A DNA stretch of 64,000 bases from an uncultured Candidatus Cloacimonadota bacterium (lineage in GTDB: Bacteria; Cloacimonadota; Cloacimonadia; Cloacimonadales; JAJBBL01), in contig CAZBDV010000001.1 of assembly GCA_964490765.1 (NCBI GenBank), positions 50,685 through 114,684 of the forward strand, read 5' to 3'. This document shows, in pieces, positions 30,609-40,376 of the stretch. The stretch's first letter is position 1. Every line of letters begins with the position of its first letter. The position numbers and the translations under genes are program-made. A model generated the notes under the pieces. The model had not been told where the DNA came from. It ran no database searches and saw nothing but the letters and a program-made list of their open reading frames with translations.

Positions 30609-31051
30609 TATCTTCTATTTCCTATCTTTCTTTGCAGTAACTGTAACAACTCTTCTTTCTCGCTCTGATCTACCGAATAGCGGAGTGACTGGCCACGATA
30701 TCTATCCAGCCAGCGGGGTCTGACAAAAGTTCCTAACATAACACCCTTCTGATCCGTATAAAAACAGCGAAAATCACTATACTTACGTTCAATCTTGATG
30801 AAGAAATAATAGACGAGAAACCTCTCTTCATACATAACATAGCGTGTCGGAATAAAATAGGGGAGAAGGTCGAACAGGAGAATACCAACACCGAGTATGT
30901 AAAAGAGCGGCATCTCCCATAATACTATCGTCAGATACCATAGAAAGCTGAACATAGCGAGTAAAAAGATCAGCACAAATAGTGACTTCTTCGGATTCTC
31001 CCTGAAAGGAAAAGATTCCCATTCTAATATTACTTCCTGGTCATTCGACAT
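30608..31051 (-). CDS. hypothetical membrane protein (two TM helices + small soluble domain)
   Basis: 147 aa ORF overlapping both the yicC stop and the rnr start; two hydrophobic segments. Confidence 0.8.
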   Translation of the reverse strand: MSNDQEVILEWESFPFRENPKKSLFVLIFLLAMFSFLWYLTIVLWEMPLFYILGVGILLFDLLPYFIPTRYVMYEERFLVYYFFIKIERKYSDFRCFYTDQKGVMLGTFVRPRWLDRYRGQSLRYSVDQSEKEELLQLLQRKIGNRR

Positions 31052-31919
31052 TCTGAATCAACTCCCGGCACTTTTCTATCTCTTCCTTTATAGCCAGAAT
31101 AGAAGGGAATACGGTGATATTATTGAATTTTGAGCTCAATGTCTGAATCTCCCTATGCATCTCCTGAACTATGAAATTCATCCTCTTGCCTGTCTCCTGA
31201 CCATCCTCAGTCAAGACCTGATTCATCTTGTCCAGATGGTCGCGCAAACGGACAATCTCTTCATTTACATCATATTTATCTATATATAACGCCAGTTCTA
31301 CCATCAATCTCTTCTCAGTTTCACTCTCTGCAGGGGTAGAAGTTAAATCCCCTACTGCTTTCTGTAATCGAGCTTTCAACTGGTTACGATGGTCTGGAAT
31401 ATGCGCTTCGATCGGCTTTAACTCTGCTGCTATCCTCTGCATCGACTCTGCCAGCCAATCCTTAGTTCTGTTGCCTTCAATTACAGCCATCTCTTCATAT
31501 TCTTTCAGCGCTGATTCTATTGTCTTATAAAGTAGAGATATCAGCTTCTCATCTTCGATCCTTCCCTTTTGCCGGGTTATTATCCCTTCAAATTTCATAA
31601 TCTCGTCCGGATTGGGTTGCCTGTCGGGGGAGATGTGCTCGTAAGCCTCCCGATAGAGCCTTGTTACCTCTTTCAATAACTCCCTGTCCAGCTCCAGAGC
31701 CGGATCTTTCTTACTGCTGGCATAGATAGAGACATGGACTTTACCCCGCTTGATCCGTTCTGATAGCTTCTTCTTGATTTCACATTCCAGATGACTTATC
31801 TCATGATTTGCATAGATCTGCATATCGAGATAACGGTGATTGAGACTCTTGATCTCAACGTCGACGACATAGAATTCATCACGGTAATTCCAATTTCCAT
31901 AGCCTGTCATACTTCTCAT
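31041..31919 (-). CDS. YicC/YloC family endoribonuclease
   Basis: MRSMTGYG, KSLNHRYLD, RGKV, DVNEEIVRL, GKRMNFIVQEMHREIQT and RELIQNVE. SD GGAG precedes ATG 31919. Confidence 0.95.
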   Translation of the reverse strand: MRSMTGYGNWNYRDEFYVVDVEIKSLNHRYLDMQIYANHEISHLECEIKKKLSERIKRGKVHVSIYASSKKDPALELDRELLKEVTRLYREAYEHISPDRQPNPDEIMKFEGIITRQKGRIEDEKLISLLYKTIESALKEYEEMAVIEGNRTKDWLAESMQRIAAELKPIEAHIPDHRNQLKARLQKAVGDLTSTPAESETEKRLMVELALYIDKYDVNEEIVRLRDHLDKMNQVLTEDGQETGKRMNFIVQEMHREIQTLSSKFNNITVFPSILAIKEEIEKCRELIQNVE

Positions 31920-32056
31920 TTTATAACTCCGTATCTTCATTTCTTTTCAGTGAGATAGCATACTTATCACCTGGTTTACATAATATGTCTTATCAGATGA
32001 TGTGGGCGGGAGAAGAATACTGCCCTCTCCCAGTATCTCACTTTTGATTTTTATCC

Positions 32057-33364
32057 TCAGGTTATCAATTTACCTTTTAATGTCCAGCCAGTGGCTGAAA
32101 CTATTTCTACTTTCTGAAATGTGCCGATCATATCAGTATGTCCAGGAAAAACTACTATTTTGTAATCTCTTGTTTTACCGGAAAGCTCTTCAGAAGATTT
32201 TTTGCTTATCTTCTCGACGAAGACTTCTTCTGTTTTGCCTATCTTCGCTCTGTATTTTTGCAATGTGATATCATTCTGTAAAGTGATCATTCTATCTAAC
32301 CTGTCGAGTTTAAGCTTTTCAGGAACATTATCACAGAGACTAAAGGCAGAAGTTCCCTCTCTTGCAGAATATTTAAACATAAAGGCGAAGTCAAATTGTA
32401 TCTCCTGCATAGCCATAAGTGTATTCGAGAATTGTTCTTCAGACTCGCCGGGAAAGCCCGCTATAAGGTCTGTTGTGATAGCTATATCGGGAATAATATC
32501 TCTTAGATACCGTACTTTGCTGAGGTACTGAGAATAAGTATAACCGCGGTTCATAGCGCGAAGAATATGGTCATCACCTGACTGCATCGCAAGGTGGACA
32601 TGCTCGCATACTTTTGAGCAGGAAGCCATCGTATCTACAAGTGTATTTGAAAGATCTTTTGGATGTGAAGTTACAAAGCGAATCCTCTCAATAGTTTCAA
32701 TATCATTTAATCTGCACAGAAGATCCGAGAAAACAACACCTTTACAGTTATAGGAATTAACGTTCTGTCCCAGGAGTGTAACATCTTTACAGCCGTCAAG
32801 GCCTGCCTGATATGCTTCTTCCAGAATATCGTCAACCGGCCTGCTTCTCTCTCTACCACGCAGATAGGGCACTATACAGTACGAACAGAAATTGTTACAA
32901 CCACGCATAATTGTGATAAAGGCGTTTAAATCATCTTTTCTGAGTGGTTTGAACTCACTGTAGAGTTCTATGTCGTCTGAAGTGATTTCGGCGCGAAAAA
33001 CGCCATTCTGGAAGGAATTGGCAATTATTGAGGGTAACTCACGATATCTGTCCACACCGACAACAAAATCTACTCCATCAGAGAAGGATTTCATTCTCTC
33101 TCCAAGTCTTTGTGCCATACAGCCGATGACACCGATCTTCAATTCGGGATTGATCTGCTTACGCGACATCTCGTTACTGATTCTTCCAATAACTCTATCT
33201 TCTGCATGTTTTCTCACTGAGCATGTATTGAAGATAATGATATCTGCTACATTGATCGAGTCAGCCAAAATGAAGCCATTCTTGAGAAGAATAGAACTTA
33301 CTATTTCACTGTCAGAAACATTCATCTGGCATCCATATGTTTCTAAATGGAATTTTTTGTTCAT
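32057..33364 (-). CDS. miaB: tRNA-2-methylthio-N6-dimethylallyladenosine synthase
   Basis: TYGCQMNVSDSE, NTCSVR, GCMAQ, radical SAM GCNNFCSYC, LLGQNVN and a TRAM domain. Start set at MNKKF to avoid overlap with metG. Confidence 0.96.
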   Translation of the reverse strand: MNKKFHLETYGCQMNVSDSEIVSSILLKNGFILADSINVADIIIFNTCSVRKHAEDRVIGRISNEMSRKQINPELKIGVIGCMAQRLGERMKSFSDGVDFVVGVDRYRELPSIIANSFQNGVFRAEITSDDIELYSEFKPLRKDDLNAFITIMRGCNNFCSYCIVPYLRGRERSRPVDDILEEAYQAGLDGCKDVTLLGQNVNSYNCKGVVFSDLLCRLNDIETIERIRFVTSHPKDLSNTLVDTMASCSKVCEHVHLAMQSGDDHILRAMNRGYTYSQYLSKVRYLRDIIPDIAITTDLIAGFPGESEEQFSNTLMAMQEIQFDFAFMFKYSAREGTSAFSLCDNVPEKLKLDRLDRMITLQNDITLQKYRAKIGKTEEVFVEKISKKSSEELSGKTRDYKIVVFPGHTDMIGTFQKVEIVSATGWTLKGKLIT

Positions 33365-33377
33365 TGGTTGCAGGCTG

Positions 33378-35399
33378 TCAGGATATCTCACTACCTGATG
33401 GTATATCAGTTTCTGGAACAATAATGGAGAGATTGTTTCCATCGGCAGCGGCTAATATCATACCCTGAGATTCCAGGCCGAATAATTTTCGGGGTTTGAG
33501 ATTAACAAGAACTGTAACCTTTTTACCTATAAGGGAATCCGGTTTATAATGACCGGAAATACCTGCTATAATCTGGCGTTCTTCAGTACCAGTCATAACG
33601 ATCAATTTCAGGAGTTTATCTGATTTAGGGACTACCTCGGCCTTTATGATTTCGGCAATTCTGATCTCCATCTTCTGAAAATCCCGGTATTCTATGATAT
33701 CTTTATGTTCTAATTCTTTTCTATCGTTGGTCTGAGCACTGGAATAGAGTCTCTCGATTTCCCTGGATATGACCTCATCCGCTATACGCGGAAATAGAGG
33801 ATCTGACTCTTTGATGCTGAATGTATCAGAAATCTCCTTGAGTTCTTTCCAAACAGGAATCTCTCTCAAGTTCATACCTGAGCGTAATTCACTCATTTTC
33901 CCCGGAATAATAGGATAGAGCACAACAGATATGTACTGGAGCAGTACAAGGCAGACGTATAGTGTCTCCTCTGCCCCATCGCGGGAAGCTTTTACCCCTT
34001 CCCAGGGTTTTCGCTCATCAAAATACTTATTGCCTGTTCGGGCAATATCCATGATCAGTTTTGTTGCTCTGCGAACTCTATATGATTTAAAACTTTGATC
34101 TATCTCATCCAGTAATGATTCTGCTTCCTGCAATATTTTCTTGGCCTGTTGACTCAACTGGGCAGGTTTTCTGATCTTGCCAGCATAGTATTTCAATGAG
34201 AAGACGAACACCCTGTTGGCCAAATTTCCCAGTGTATTAGAGAGTTCGCTATTATTTTTGTCCTGAAACTCTCGCCAGTTAAAATCACTATCCTTTGATT
34301 CAGGGGCATTGATAGCCAGATAGTAACGTAGTAGATCACCAGGAAAGGTTTTAAGGAAATCATTTACCCAGATAGCCCAGTTCTGGCTGGTTGATATCTT
34401 GCGCCCCTCCAGGTTAAGGAACTCGTTGGCTGGAATATCATCAGGAAGAACATACTCCTCCTTCTGCCCCATCAATACAGCAGGCCAGAAGATAGCGTGG
34501 AAAACATTATTATCCTTACCGATAAAGTGGATCAATCTAGTATCTTTATCCAGCCAGTAATCTTTCCAGTGTTCCGGCTTACCAATCTTTTCTCCCCACT
34601 CAACAGTAGATGATATATAACCAATAGGTGCTTCAAACCAGACATAGAGCACCTTTCCTTCTGCCTCATCAAGCGGGACTTTCACACCCCAGTCAATATC
34701 TCTTGTTATAGCTCGCTCTTTAAGTCCCTCATCGAGCAGGCCAAGAATAAAACGGAGGATATTTTCTTTCCAGTATGCTTTAGTCTGGAGCCATAGCTTC
34801 AGTTTTTCCTGGAATGCCGGGAGATTAAGAAACCAGTGAGAGGTCTCTCTTACAATCGGCGTCCCATTGCATATCTTGCATTTCGGGTCCTTTAATGTTA
34901 TAGTATCCATTAATTTACCACAGGCATCACACTGATCTCCCCTTGCTCCAGGTTTATGGCAATAGGGACAGGTTCCTTCAACATAGCGGTCAGCAAGAAA
35001 ACGCTGACAGTTCTCACAATAGAACTGCTCATTGGTGCGAACATTGATATATCCCTGTTCCAGGAGGTTCAGAAAGAACTTCTGAGCCATTTTATGATGG
35101 ACAGGCCGGTCGGTACCTGAGAAGTTATCGAATTTGATATCAAGTCCATCAAAACTCTTTTTAATGCTTTCGTGAAAACGATTTACGATATCTTTGGGTT
35201 TTACTCCCTCTTTTTCTGCTTGAATCGATATTGGTGCACCATGTTCATCAGTTCCGCAGATGAACACAACATCCTGTTTGTGAAGTCGGAGATATCTAAC
35301 AAAGATATCTGCTGGCAGATAAGCACCGGCAATATGCCCGATATGAAGTGGACCGTTAGCATAAGGGAGTGCACTTGTTACTAAATATTTTTCCATCAT
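33378..35399 (-). CDS. metG: methionine--tRNA ligase with C-terminal tRNA-binding (Trbp111-like) domain
   Basis: ALPYANGPLHIGH, GTDEHG, zinc knuckles, YVWFEA, KISTS and ESQGMILAA. Confidence 0.97.
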   Translation of the reverse strand: MMEKYLVTSALPYANGPLHIGHIAGAYLPADIFVRYLRLHKQDVVFICGTDEHGAPISIQAEKEGVKPKDIVNRFHESIKKSFDGLDIKFDNFSGTDRPVHHKMAQKFFLNLLEQGYINVRTNEQFYCENCQRFLADRYVEGTCPYCHKPGARGDQCDACGKLMDTITLKDPKCKICNGTPIVRETSHWFLNLPAFQEKLKLWLQTKAYWKENILRFILGLLDEGLKERAITRDIDWGVKVPLDEAEGKVLYVWFEAPIGYISSTVEWGEKIGKPEHWKDYWLDKDTRLIHFIGKDNNVFHAIFWPAVLMGQKEEYVLPDDIPANEFLNLEGRKISTSQNWAIWVNDFLKTFPGDLLRYYLAINAPESKDSDFNWREFQDKNNSELSNTLGNLANRVFVFSLKYYAGKIRKPAQLSQQAKKILQEAESLLDEIDQSFKSYRVRRATKLIMDIARTGNKYFDERKPWEGVKASRDGAEETLYVCLVLLQYISVVLYPIIPGKMSELRSGMNLREIPVWKELKEISDTFSIKESDPLFPRIADEVISREIERLYSSAQTNDRKELEHKDIIEYRDFQKMEIRIAEIIKAEVVPKSDKLLKLIVMTGTEERQIIAGISGHYKPDSLIGKKVTVLVNLKPRKLFGLESQGMILAAADGNNLSIIVPETDIPSGSEIS

Positions 35400-35423
35400 T
35401 TCTCCATAATAATGTGTATCTAT

Positions 35424-36620
35424 TTACTTTTTTATACTGGAATTCTCTTCAACAACAAACCGTTTATGAAATAGTTCGATAAGCTCTCGTGAATCAGGGA
35501 TATTGAGATAGATTGTATAGCCGAGATGATTACGGGTAAGCCAGAAGACCTCTATCCCCTTATCTCTGAGGGTATTCAGAATATCTGCCAGCTGTTCCAT
35601 ATCACTGCTCAATCTCAGGCCGGTGAATGTTATAGAACTCAGGTTGTTTTTGAGCTTAAAATCTGAGATCTCATTCTCTCTCAGTTTCTTTTCCAGCAGT
35701 TCTCTATCTTTCTTCTCGACAAGTATCCGGAAGTTATCCGGATTAGTAACTGCAAATTCCATAACCTCTGGATTGTTCTTCTTGAAAGTGGAGATAACTG
35801 CTCCTGCTGAATGCTCTATCAGCTTTAAATCGAAGCAAATAAGTTGATTTCTGCCGGTAATGGCTACTATTTCTTTTTCTTCCATATCTACTTCCTTAAT
35901 TACTTTAGTACCTGGAGCATCTATAAAAGAGGATTTGATTTCCAGTTCGATATTGTATTTCATAGCAAACTCGACTGCTCTGGGATGAATAACCTTACAT
36001 CCTGCTCTGGCCAGGTAAAGCAACCTGTCGTAATCTATACAATCGAACCGCTTTGCATTATTGAACAATCTCGGATCGGCTGTATATACTCCTTCAACAT
36101 CGGTGTATATCTCACAACTGGCTGCCTTGAGGTAACCTGCCAGTGCTACTGCACTCGTATCTGAACCACCCCTGCCAAGAGTTGTAACCTCTTTATCAAG
36201 ACTGACACCCTGATAGCCGGCTACTATGACGATCTTGTTCTTGGACAGCTCTTCCCTGATCCGGAAAGCACTAACATTTATTATACTGGCATTACCGTGA
36301 CAGTTATCTGTAATAATTCCGCTCTGAGAGCCGGTAAAGGATATCGCCGGTGCACCATTCTTATGCAGGGCTATTGACAATAAAGACATACTGATCCTCT
36401 CCCCTGCTGTTGCCAGCATATCCAGCTCACGTTGATATGGATTATTACTGATCTGATAGGCTAAAGAAAAGAGATAATCGGTCGTTCTGGCCATTGCTGA
36501 TACAACTACGACCAGTTGATCACCCATCTGCCTGTCTTGTACTAATTTGGCTGCCAGTTTCTCAATCTGGTCTATTGTGCTTATTGAGCTCCCGCCAAAT
36601 TTCTTAACGATAATTGCCAT
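35424..36620 (-). CDS. lysC: aspartate kinase
   Basis: KFGGSS, VVVSAM, TTLGRGGSDTSA and YTDVEGVYTADPR; degenerate ACT domains. Confidence 0.93.
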   Translation of the reverse strand: MAIIVKKFGGSSISTIDQIEKLAAKLVQDRQMGDQLVVVVSAMARTTDYLFSLAYQISNNPYQRELDMLATAGERISMSLLSIALHKNGAPAISFTGSQSGIITDNCHGNASIINVSAFRIREELSKNKIVIVAGYQGVSLDKEVTTLGRGGSDTSAVALAGYLKAASCEIYTDVEGVYTADPRLFNNAKRFDCIDYDRLLYLARAGCKVIHPRAVEFAMKYNIELEIKSSFIDAPGTKVIKEVDMEEKEIVAITGRNQLICFDLKLIEHSAGAVISTFKKNNPEVMEFAVTNPDNFRILVEKKDRELLEKKLRENEISDFKLKNNLSSITFTGLRLSSDMEQLADILNTLRDKGIEVFWLTRNHLGYTIYLNIPDSRELIELFHKRFVVEENSSIKK

Positions 36621-36628
36621 AGTTTATA

Positions 36629-36657
36629 AGAAAAAATTGAGGGTGGACATATGTCAA
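36629..36657 (-). promoter_or_regulatory. putative promoter of the lysC-metG-miaB operon
   Basis: Minus strand TTGACA begins 37 nt before the lysC ATG. The -10 is weak (TTTTCT) and there is no SD. Confidence 0.4.
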
Positions 36658-36819
36658 TAACAATTTGACTTTCTCCGACCGTATGTGTTAGCTGGAAAAA
36701 GAAAGAGGAGAATATCTTCTGGAAGATTAAGCAAATTCAACCTGCTGATATAAATGCCGTTGAATCAAGCTAAAAGATTTATTATCAGGGAATATATCCT
36801 TCACCTGGATAAAATAATC

Positions 36820-36864
36820 GAGAGGAGTTACTATTCTCTAAGTGAGAACTGGATAACTCCTCTC
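36820..36864. terminator. hairpin downstream of the DUF4870 gene
   Basis: GAGAGGAGTTA...TAACTCCTCTC with an inner TTCTC/GAGAA stem. Confidence 0.65.
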
Positions 36865-36887
36865 AGCTAAATAATATCTGATGTTTA

Positions 36888-37235
36888 TTATTTAATGAGT
36901 CTGATTGAGATCGGATAACGATAATCTATCCCTTTGCTGGCATTAACAGCGGCAATGACACAGAATACTACATCGAGTATAATTACTAATGCCATCAGGA
37001 AAAGGCCTACTATAACTACTGACAGAATACCTGAAACAATCATTGCTATTATGACGGTAATCTGAAAGTTTAAGGCCTCTTTAGCCTGTTCTTTTGCGTA
37101 CGGTTGACCATTTATCACAAGATATATGATCAAAGGTGCGATAAAGCCTGTAAAAAAGCCAAGAATGTGGGACAGGATTGCCATAGTTCGTTCATTTTGG
37201 TTGCCCTGTTGTGGCTGATTTTGATTCTCTTCCAT
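36888..37235 (-). CDS. DUF4870 family membrane protein
   Basis: ERTMAILSHIL, APLIIYL, QAKEALNFQIT and YRYPISIRLIK. Confidence 0.9.
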   Translation of the reverse strand: MEENQNQPQQGNQNERTMAILSHILGFFTGFIAPLIIYLVINGQPYAKEQAKEALNFQITVIIAMIVSGILSVVIVGLFLMALVIILDVVFCVIAAVNASKGIDYRYPISIRLIK

Positions 37236-37279
37236 TAATAACCTCCCAGTTTTTTTGGTTTCATTTTAAAGAGTATTGT

Positions 37280-40200
37280 TTACTCTTTTAACTCGTCTAG
37301 TAAAATACGTATAGCAGTCTGTAACTGAATATCAACGTCTAGTATTATTTGTTCTGGTGTATGGTCAACTAAAATATCTGGCATTGCACCTGTCCCTTCC
37401 ATATTGACTCCATCGATAGTGAACCATCCTGTTCGGGGTAATCTCATCGAAGAACCATCCATCAATTGGTAAGGGGTAGTACCTATAACTCCTCCACCTG
37501 TTGGCATACCTATAACCTTCCCCAGGTTGAGCTGTCGAAACAGTATGGGGAATATCTCGGCATCGGAGAAGGAGTTCTCATTAATCAGCAAGATGAGTGG
37601 TTTTTCCCATATCTGTCCTGGTGATTTGAACTTCTTGTCAGGGTAACCTCTTCTGGTTGTAAATGCTCTCTGTTCCCGTGTCAGGATATCGAGTAACTGG
37701 CGGCTGATGTTACCTCCTCCATTGAAGCGTACATCGATGATGATAGCATCTTTATCGTAGTTCTCAGCGAAGAGGTCGGTTATAAATTGTTGCAGGCTGG
37801 TCTGGTTCATTCTTCTGATATGGATGTAACCTAACCTGTTATCAGATAGATTATCAACGATCTCTCTTCTGTCTTCGACCCAATCTTCATAATAGAGATT
37901 ATACTGTTCCCCATAGTTCAATCCTCTTATCTCAGCTTCTACCGGACCACCAGCTGTTAAGAATTCCAGCTTTATCTTTCTGTCGATTTTGTCAGAAAAT
38001 AGTTCCATCACCGGCGTTTCAGAAGTTATAAGTTTCCCGTCAACCCGTAGCAGAAGATCACCAGTTCTTATGCCATGAGCCTGATAGAGGGAAGAATGAC
38101 GATACACTTTTTTGAGGTATATACCTTCGTCGGGTATTCTGCTGTAGTCGAATATAGTTCCGGTATAGGCTGTCATTATTCTTTCTATATCTCTATCCGA
38201 GCGGGGGGAAAAGCCGGTATGGGAAGCATTGACCTCTCCGATCATCTCATCTACTACATTGCTCAGATATTCTGTTGTATAGCTGTAATCGACGAAAGGA
38301 CTGTATTTTGTATACATTTCGTCCCAATTATTGCTATGCATTTGAGGGTCATAGAAATTCCGGCCGAATTCAACCCAGAGTTCATCGAATACCCTCTTGT
38401 TCAATTCCAGTTCATTGTATTCATACTCTATTTCATTACTGACCGTATCGATCCTTTTAGCTGCCGGATTGATTTTATATAACGTTTCGTCAAGAATAGC
38501 ATACAAATGATCATTGGATTCCTGATACTGCCAGTAATTCAATCGACCGGAGAAGTTGATAATCTCTTCATCATTGCGGGCATAATAATCGACTTTTCTC
38601 AGAGAATGGTTGTTATTGTTGCTGTTGATATAATAAAGGGTAGAATCTGATAAGATATGAACGACAAAGTTAAATCCAGGCCGGGAACTGACAGTCTCCA
38701 AGCGGCTTCTTAAACCCTGAAACTCTATCTTAAATGTCCTCTCTTCATCTTTTGGTTCACTATTCTGGTTATCAGGGTCAGCTGTATCCAGAATTTCTGC
38801 CCAATGATCCGGTTCTTGATAGAAATCAGGTATAGGTAGCAGATCAAGCCTGACCAGATCACTGTCCCAATTCATGAAGAGTGAACGCAAATCCTTGCCG
38901 AGATAAAGATTACCTATATATCCAGCATTATTCAGCAATGGTGTGCTGGTATGATTCTTCATATCGTAGAGATGCAGGTGTCGTGTCCAGACTTGCGGGT
39001 TGGTAGTCACATAGAAGGCATAGTCTGCATCTGGGGTTACTGCAATGAAACGTGATGAGACAGGAAATTCTTTCATGATATCAATTATTTCGCCTGTATT
39101 GGTCTCCAGAAGGGCTAATTTTGACCTGTCTTCCCCAATCTCATAATGGATGGCAAGGAAGTTATTGAAGAGTTGATATATGTGCTGAATGTACTTGCCT
39201 TCTGACCACAGAATTTTGACTATCTCGTTCGGTTTGTGTATATCAAGCCGATAGAGTTGTGGATATCCCTGATCCCTCATCAAGAGATAGACTGTCCTGT
39301 TATCGGGTAGTATGACTATATCTTCAATACCCCGCTTGTCAAATGTCAGCTGTCTGACCTCTCCCCCTTTTTCAGGTATGGCAAAGAGGTCGAATTTGTA
39401 TGAGAAAACGATCAATTTACCATCAGGAGATACTGCAAATTTATCCATCTTATCGGTATAAGTTTCTCTAATCTGGAAATTGCCAAGGAAGTCCTGTTTG
39501 ATGGTTATCTCAATCTTCTCTGCTTCTCCGACGAAGGGGTCATAACGATATATGGAATCGAATTTCTCAAAAACTAATCGATCATTTGTCCTGGCTATAG
39601 AAATATCCCTGATTGGCCAATTTTCGAAAAAAGTCAGTTGCTGTTCATTTTCGAAGTCATAGTTATCTGCTCTGAAAAGCTGAAACAGTTTACCATCAGA
39701 AGCTGCATAGTAGATGTAAGGATTGATGTGTGAATATACCGGATATCGTTCTGTATAGATCGTTTCAGTCAATCTTCTATATGAATCATCAGAGATATCA
39801 TACTCCCATAAATCACCGCTTATATTACCACTATAAGCAGGTCTGTAAGGCATACCCCGCATATTAAAGACAATCTTCTCATTATTTCTGTCGAGTTTGG
39901 CGAAGAAATTTCCGACAGGGGTAATCTCTGTTGGTCTTTCTCCATTGACAGGAACCCTGTAAAAACCTGTTCCAGTCTGAATCTCATTTCGTGTGCCAAG
40001 AATGCTCTGACTGTCATTAAACCAGTCGCTGGCACTGGGGACATCTCTGGAGAGCAATCTAGACTGTCCTCCTTCAGCAGGGATGATATAGATTCCACTA
40101 AAACCCTCTCTGTCAGAAGTAAAGGCTATCCATTGCCCATCGGGAGAATAAGCAGGAGAATGATCTCTCCCCTCAGAAACTGTAATTCTTCTCGCTTCAC

Positions 40201-40354
40201 CCCCTGCAAAAGGGACAAGCCAGAGATCGTTCATATAGGCAAAACATACCATATCACCATCAGGCGATATGGCAGGATCTTTGGGAAATTTCGGTTCTAT
40301 TGCCAGCATTTGTACTGCAACAAGAACCATCAATACTATGAGTAACCGTTTCAT
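37280..40354 (-). CDS. tricorn-like S41 family protease (PD40 beta-propellers, PDZ, S41 core)
   Basis: Signal peptide, PAISPDG/PAYSPDG repeats, GYIHIRRM, IIDVRFNGGG, SFSDAE catalytic Ser and GVNMEGTG. Confidence 0.92.
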   Translation of the reverse strand: MKRLLIVLMVLVAVQMLAIEPKFPKDPAISPDGDMVCFAYMNDLWLVPFAGGEARRITVSEGRDHSPAYSPDGQWIAFTSDREGFSGIYIIPAEGGQSRLLSRDVPSASDWFNDSQSILGTRNEIQTGTGFYRVPVNGERPTEITPVGNFFAKLDRNNEKIVFNMRGMPYRPAYSGNISGDLWEYDISDDSYRRLTETIYTERYPVYSHINPYIYYAASDGKLFQLFRADNYDFENEQQLTFFENWPIRDISIARTNDRLVFEKFDSIYRYDPFVGEAEKIEITIKQDFLGNFQIRETYTDKMDKFAVSPDGKLIVFSYKFDLFAIPEKGGEVRQLTFDKRGIEDIVILPDNRTVYLLMRDQGYPQLYRLDIHKPNEIVKILWSEGKYIQHIYQLFNNFLAIHYEIGEDRSKLALLETNTGEIIDIMKEFPVSSRFIAVTPDADYAFYVTTNPQVWTRHLHLYDMKNHTSTPLLNNAGYIGNLYLGKDLRSLFMNWDSDLVRLDLLPIPDFYQEPDHWAEILDTADPDNQNSEPKDEERTFKIEFQGLRSRLETVSSRPGFNFVVHILSDSTLYYINSNNNNHSLRKVDYYARNDEEIINFSGRLNYWQYQESNDHLYAILDETLYKINPAAKRIDTVSNEIEYEYNELELNKRVFDELWVEFGRNFYDPQMHSNNWDEMYTKYSPFVDYSYTTEYLSNVVDEMIGEVNASHTGFSPRSDRDIERIMTAYTGTIFDYSRIPDEGIYLKKVYRHSSLYQAHGIRTGDLLLRVDGKLITSETPVMELFSDKIDRKIKLEFLTAGGPVEAEIRGLNYGEQYNLYYEDWVEDRREIVDNLSDNRLGYIHIRRMNQTSLQQFITDLFAENYDKDAIIIDVRFNGGGNISRQLLDILTREQRAFTTRRGYPDKKFKSPGQIWEKPLILLINENSFSDAEIFPILFRQLNLGKVIGMPTGGGVIGTTPYQLMDGSSMRLPRTGWFTIDGVNMEGTGAMPDILVDHTPEQIILDVDIQLQTAIRILLDELKE

Positions 40355-40376
40355 TGTAACTATCCTATCTATTTTT

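Noticed and set aside
36621-36887. Lysine riboswitch upstream of lysC
   Set aside because: No recognisable aptamer core, and the -35 box lies only 37 nt from the ATG.
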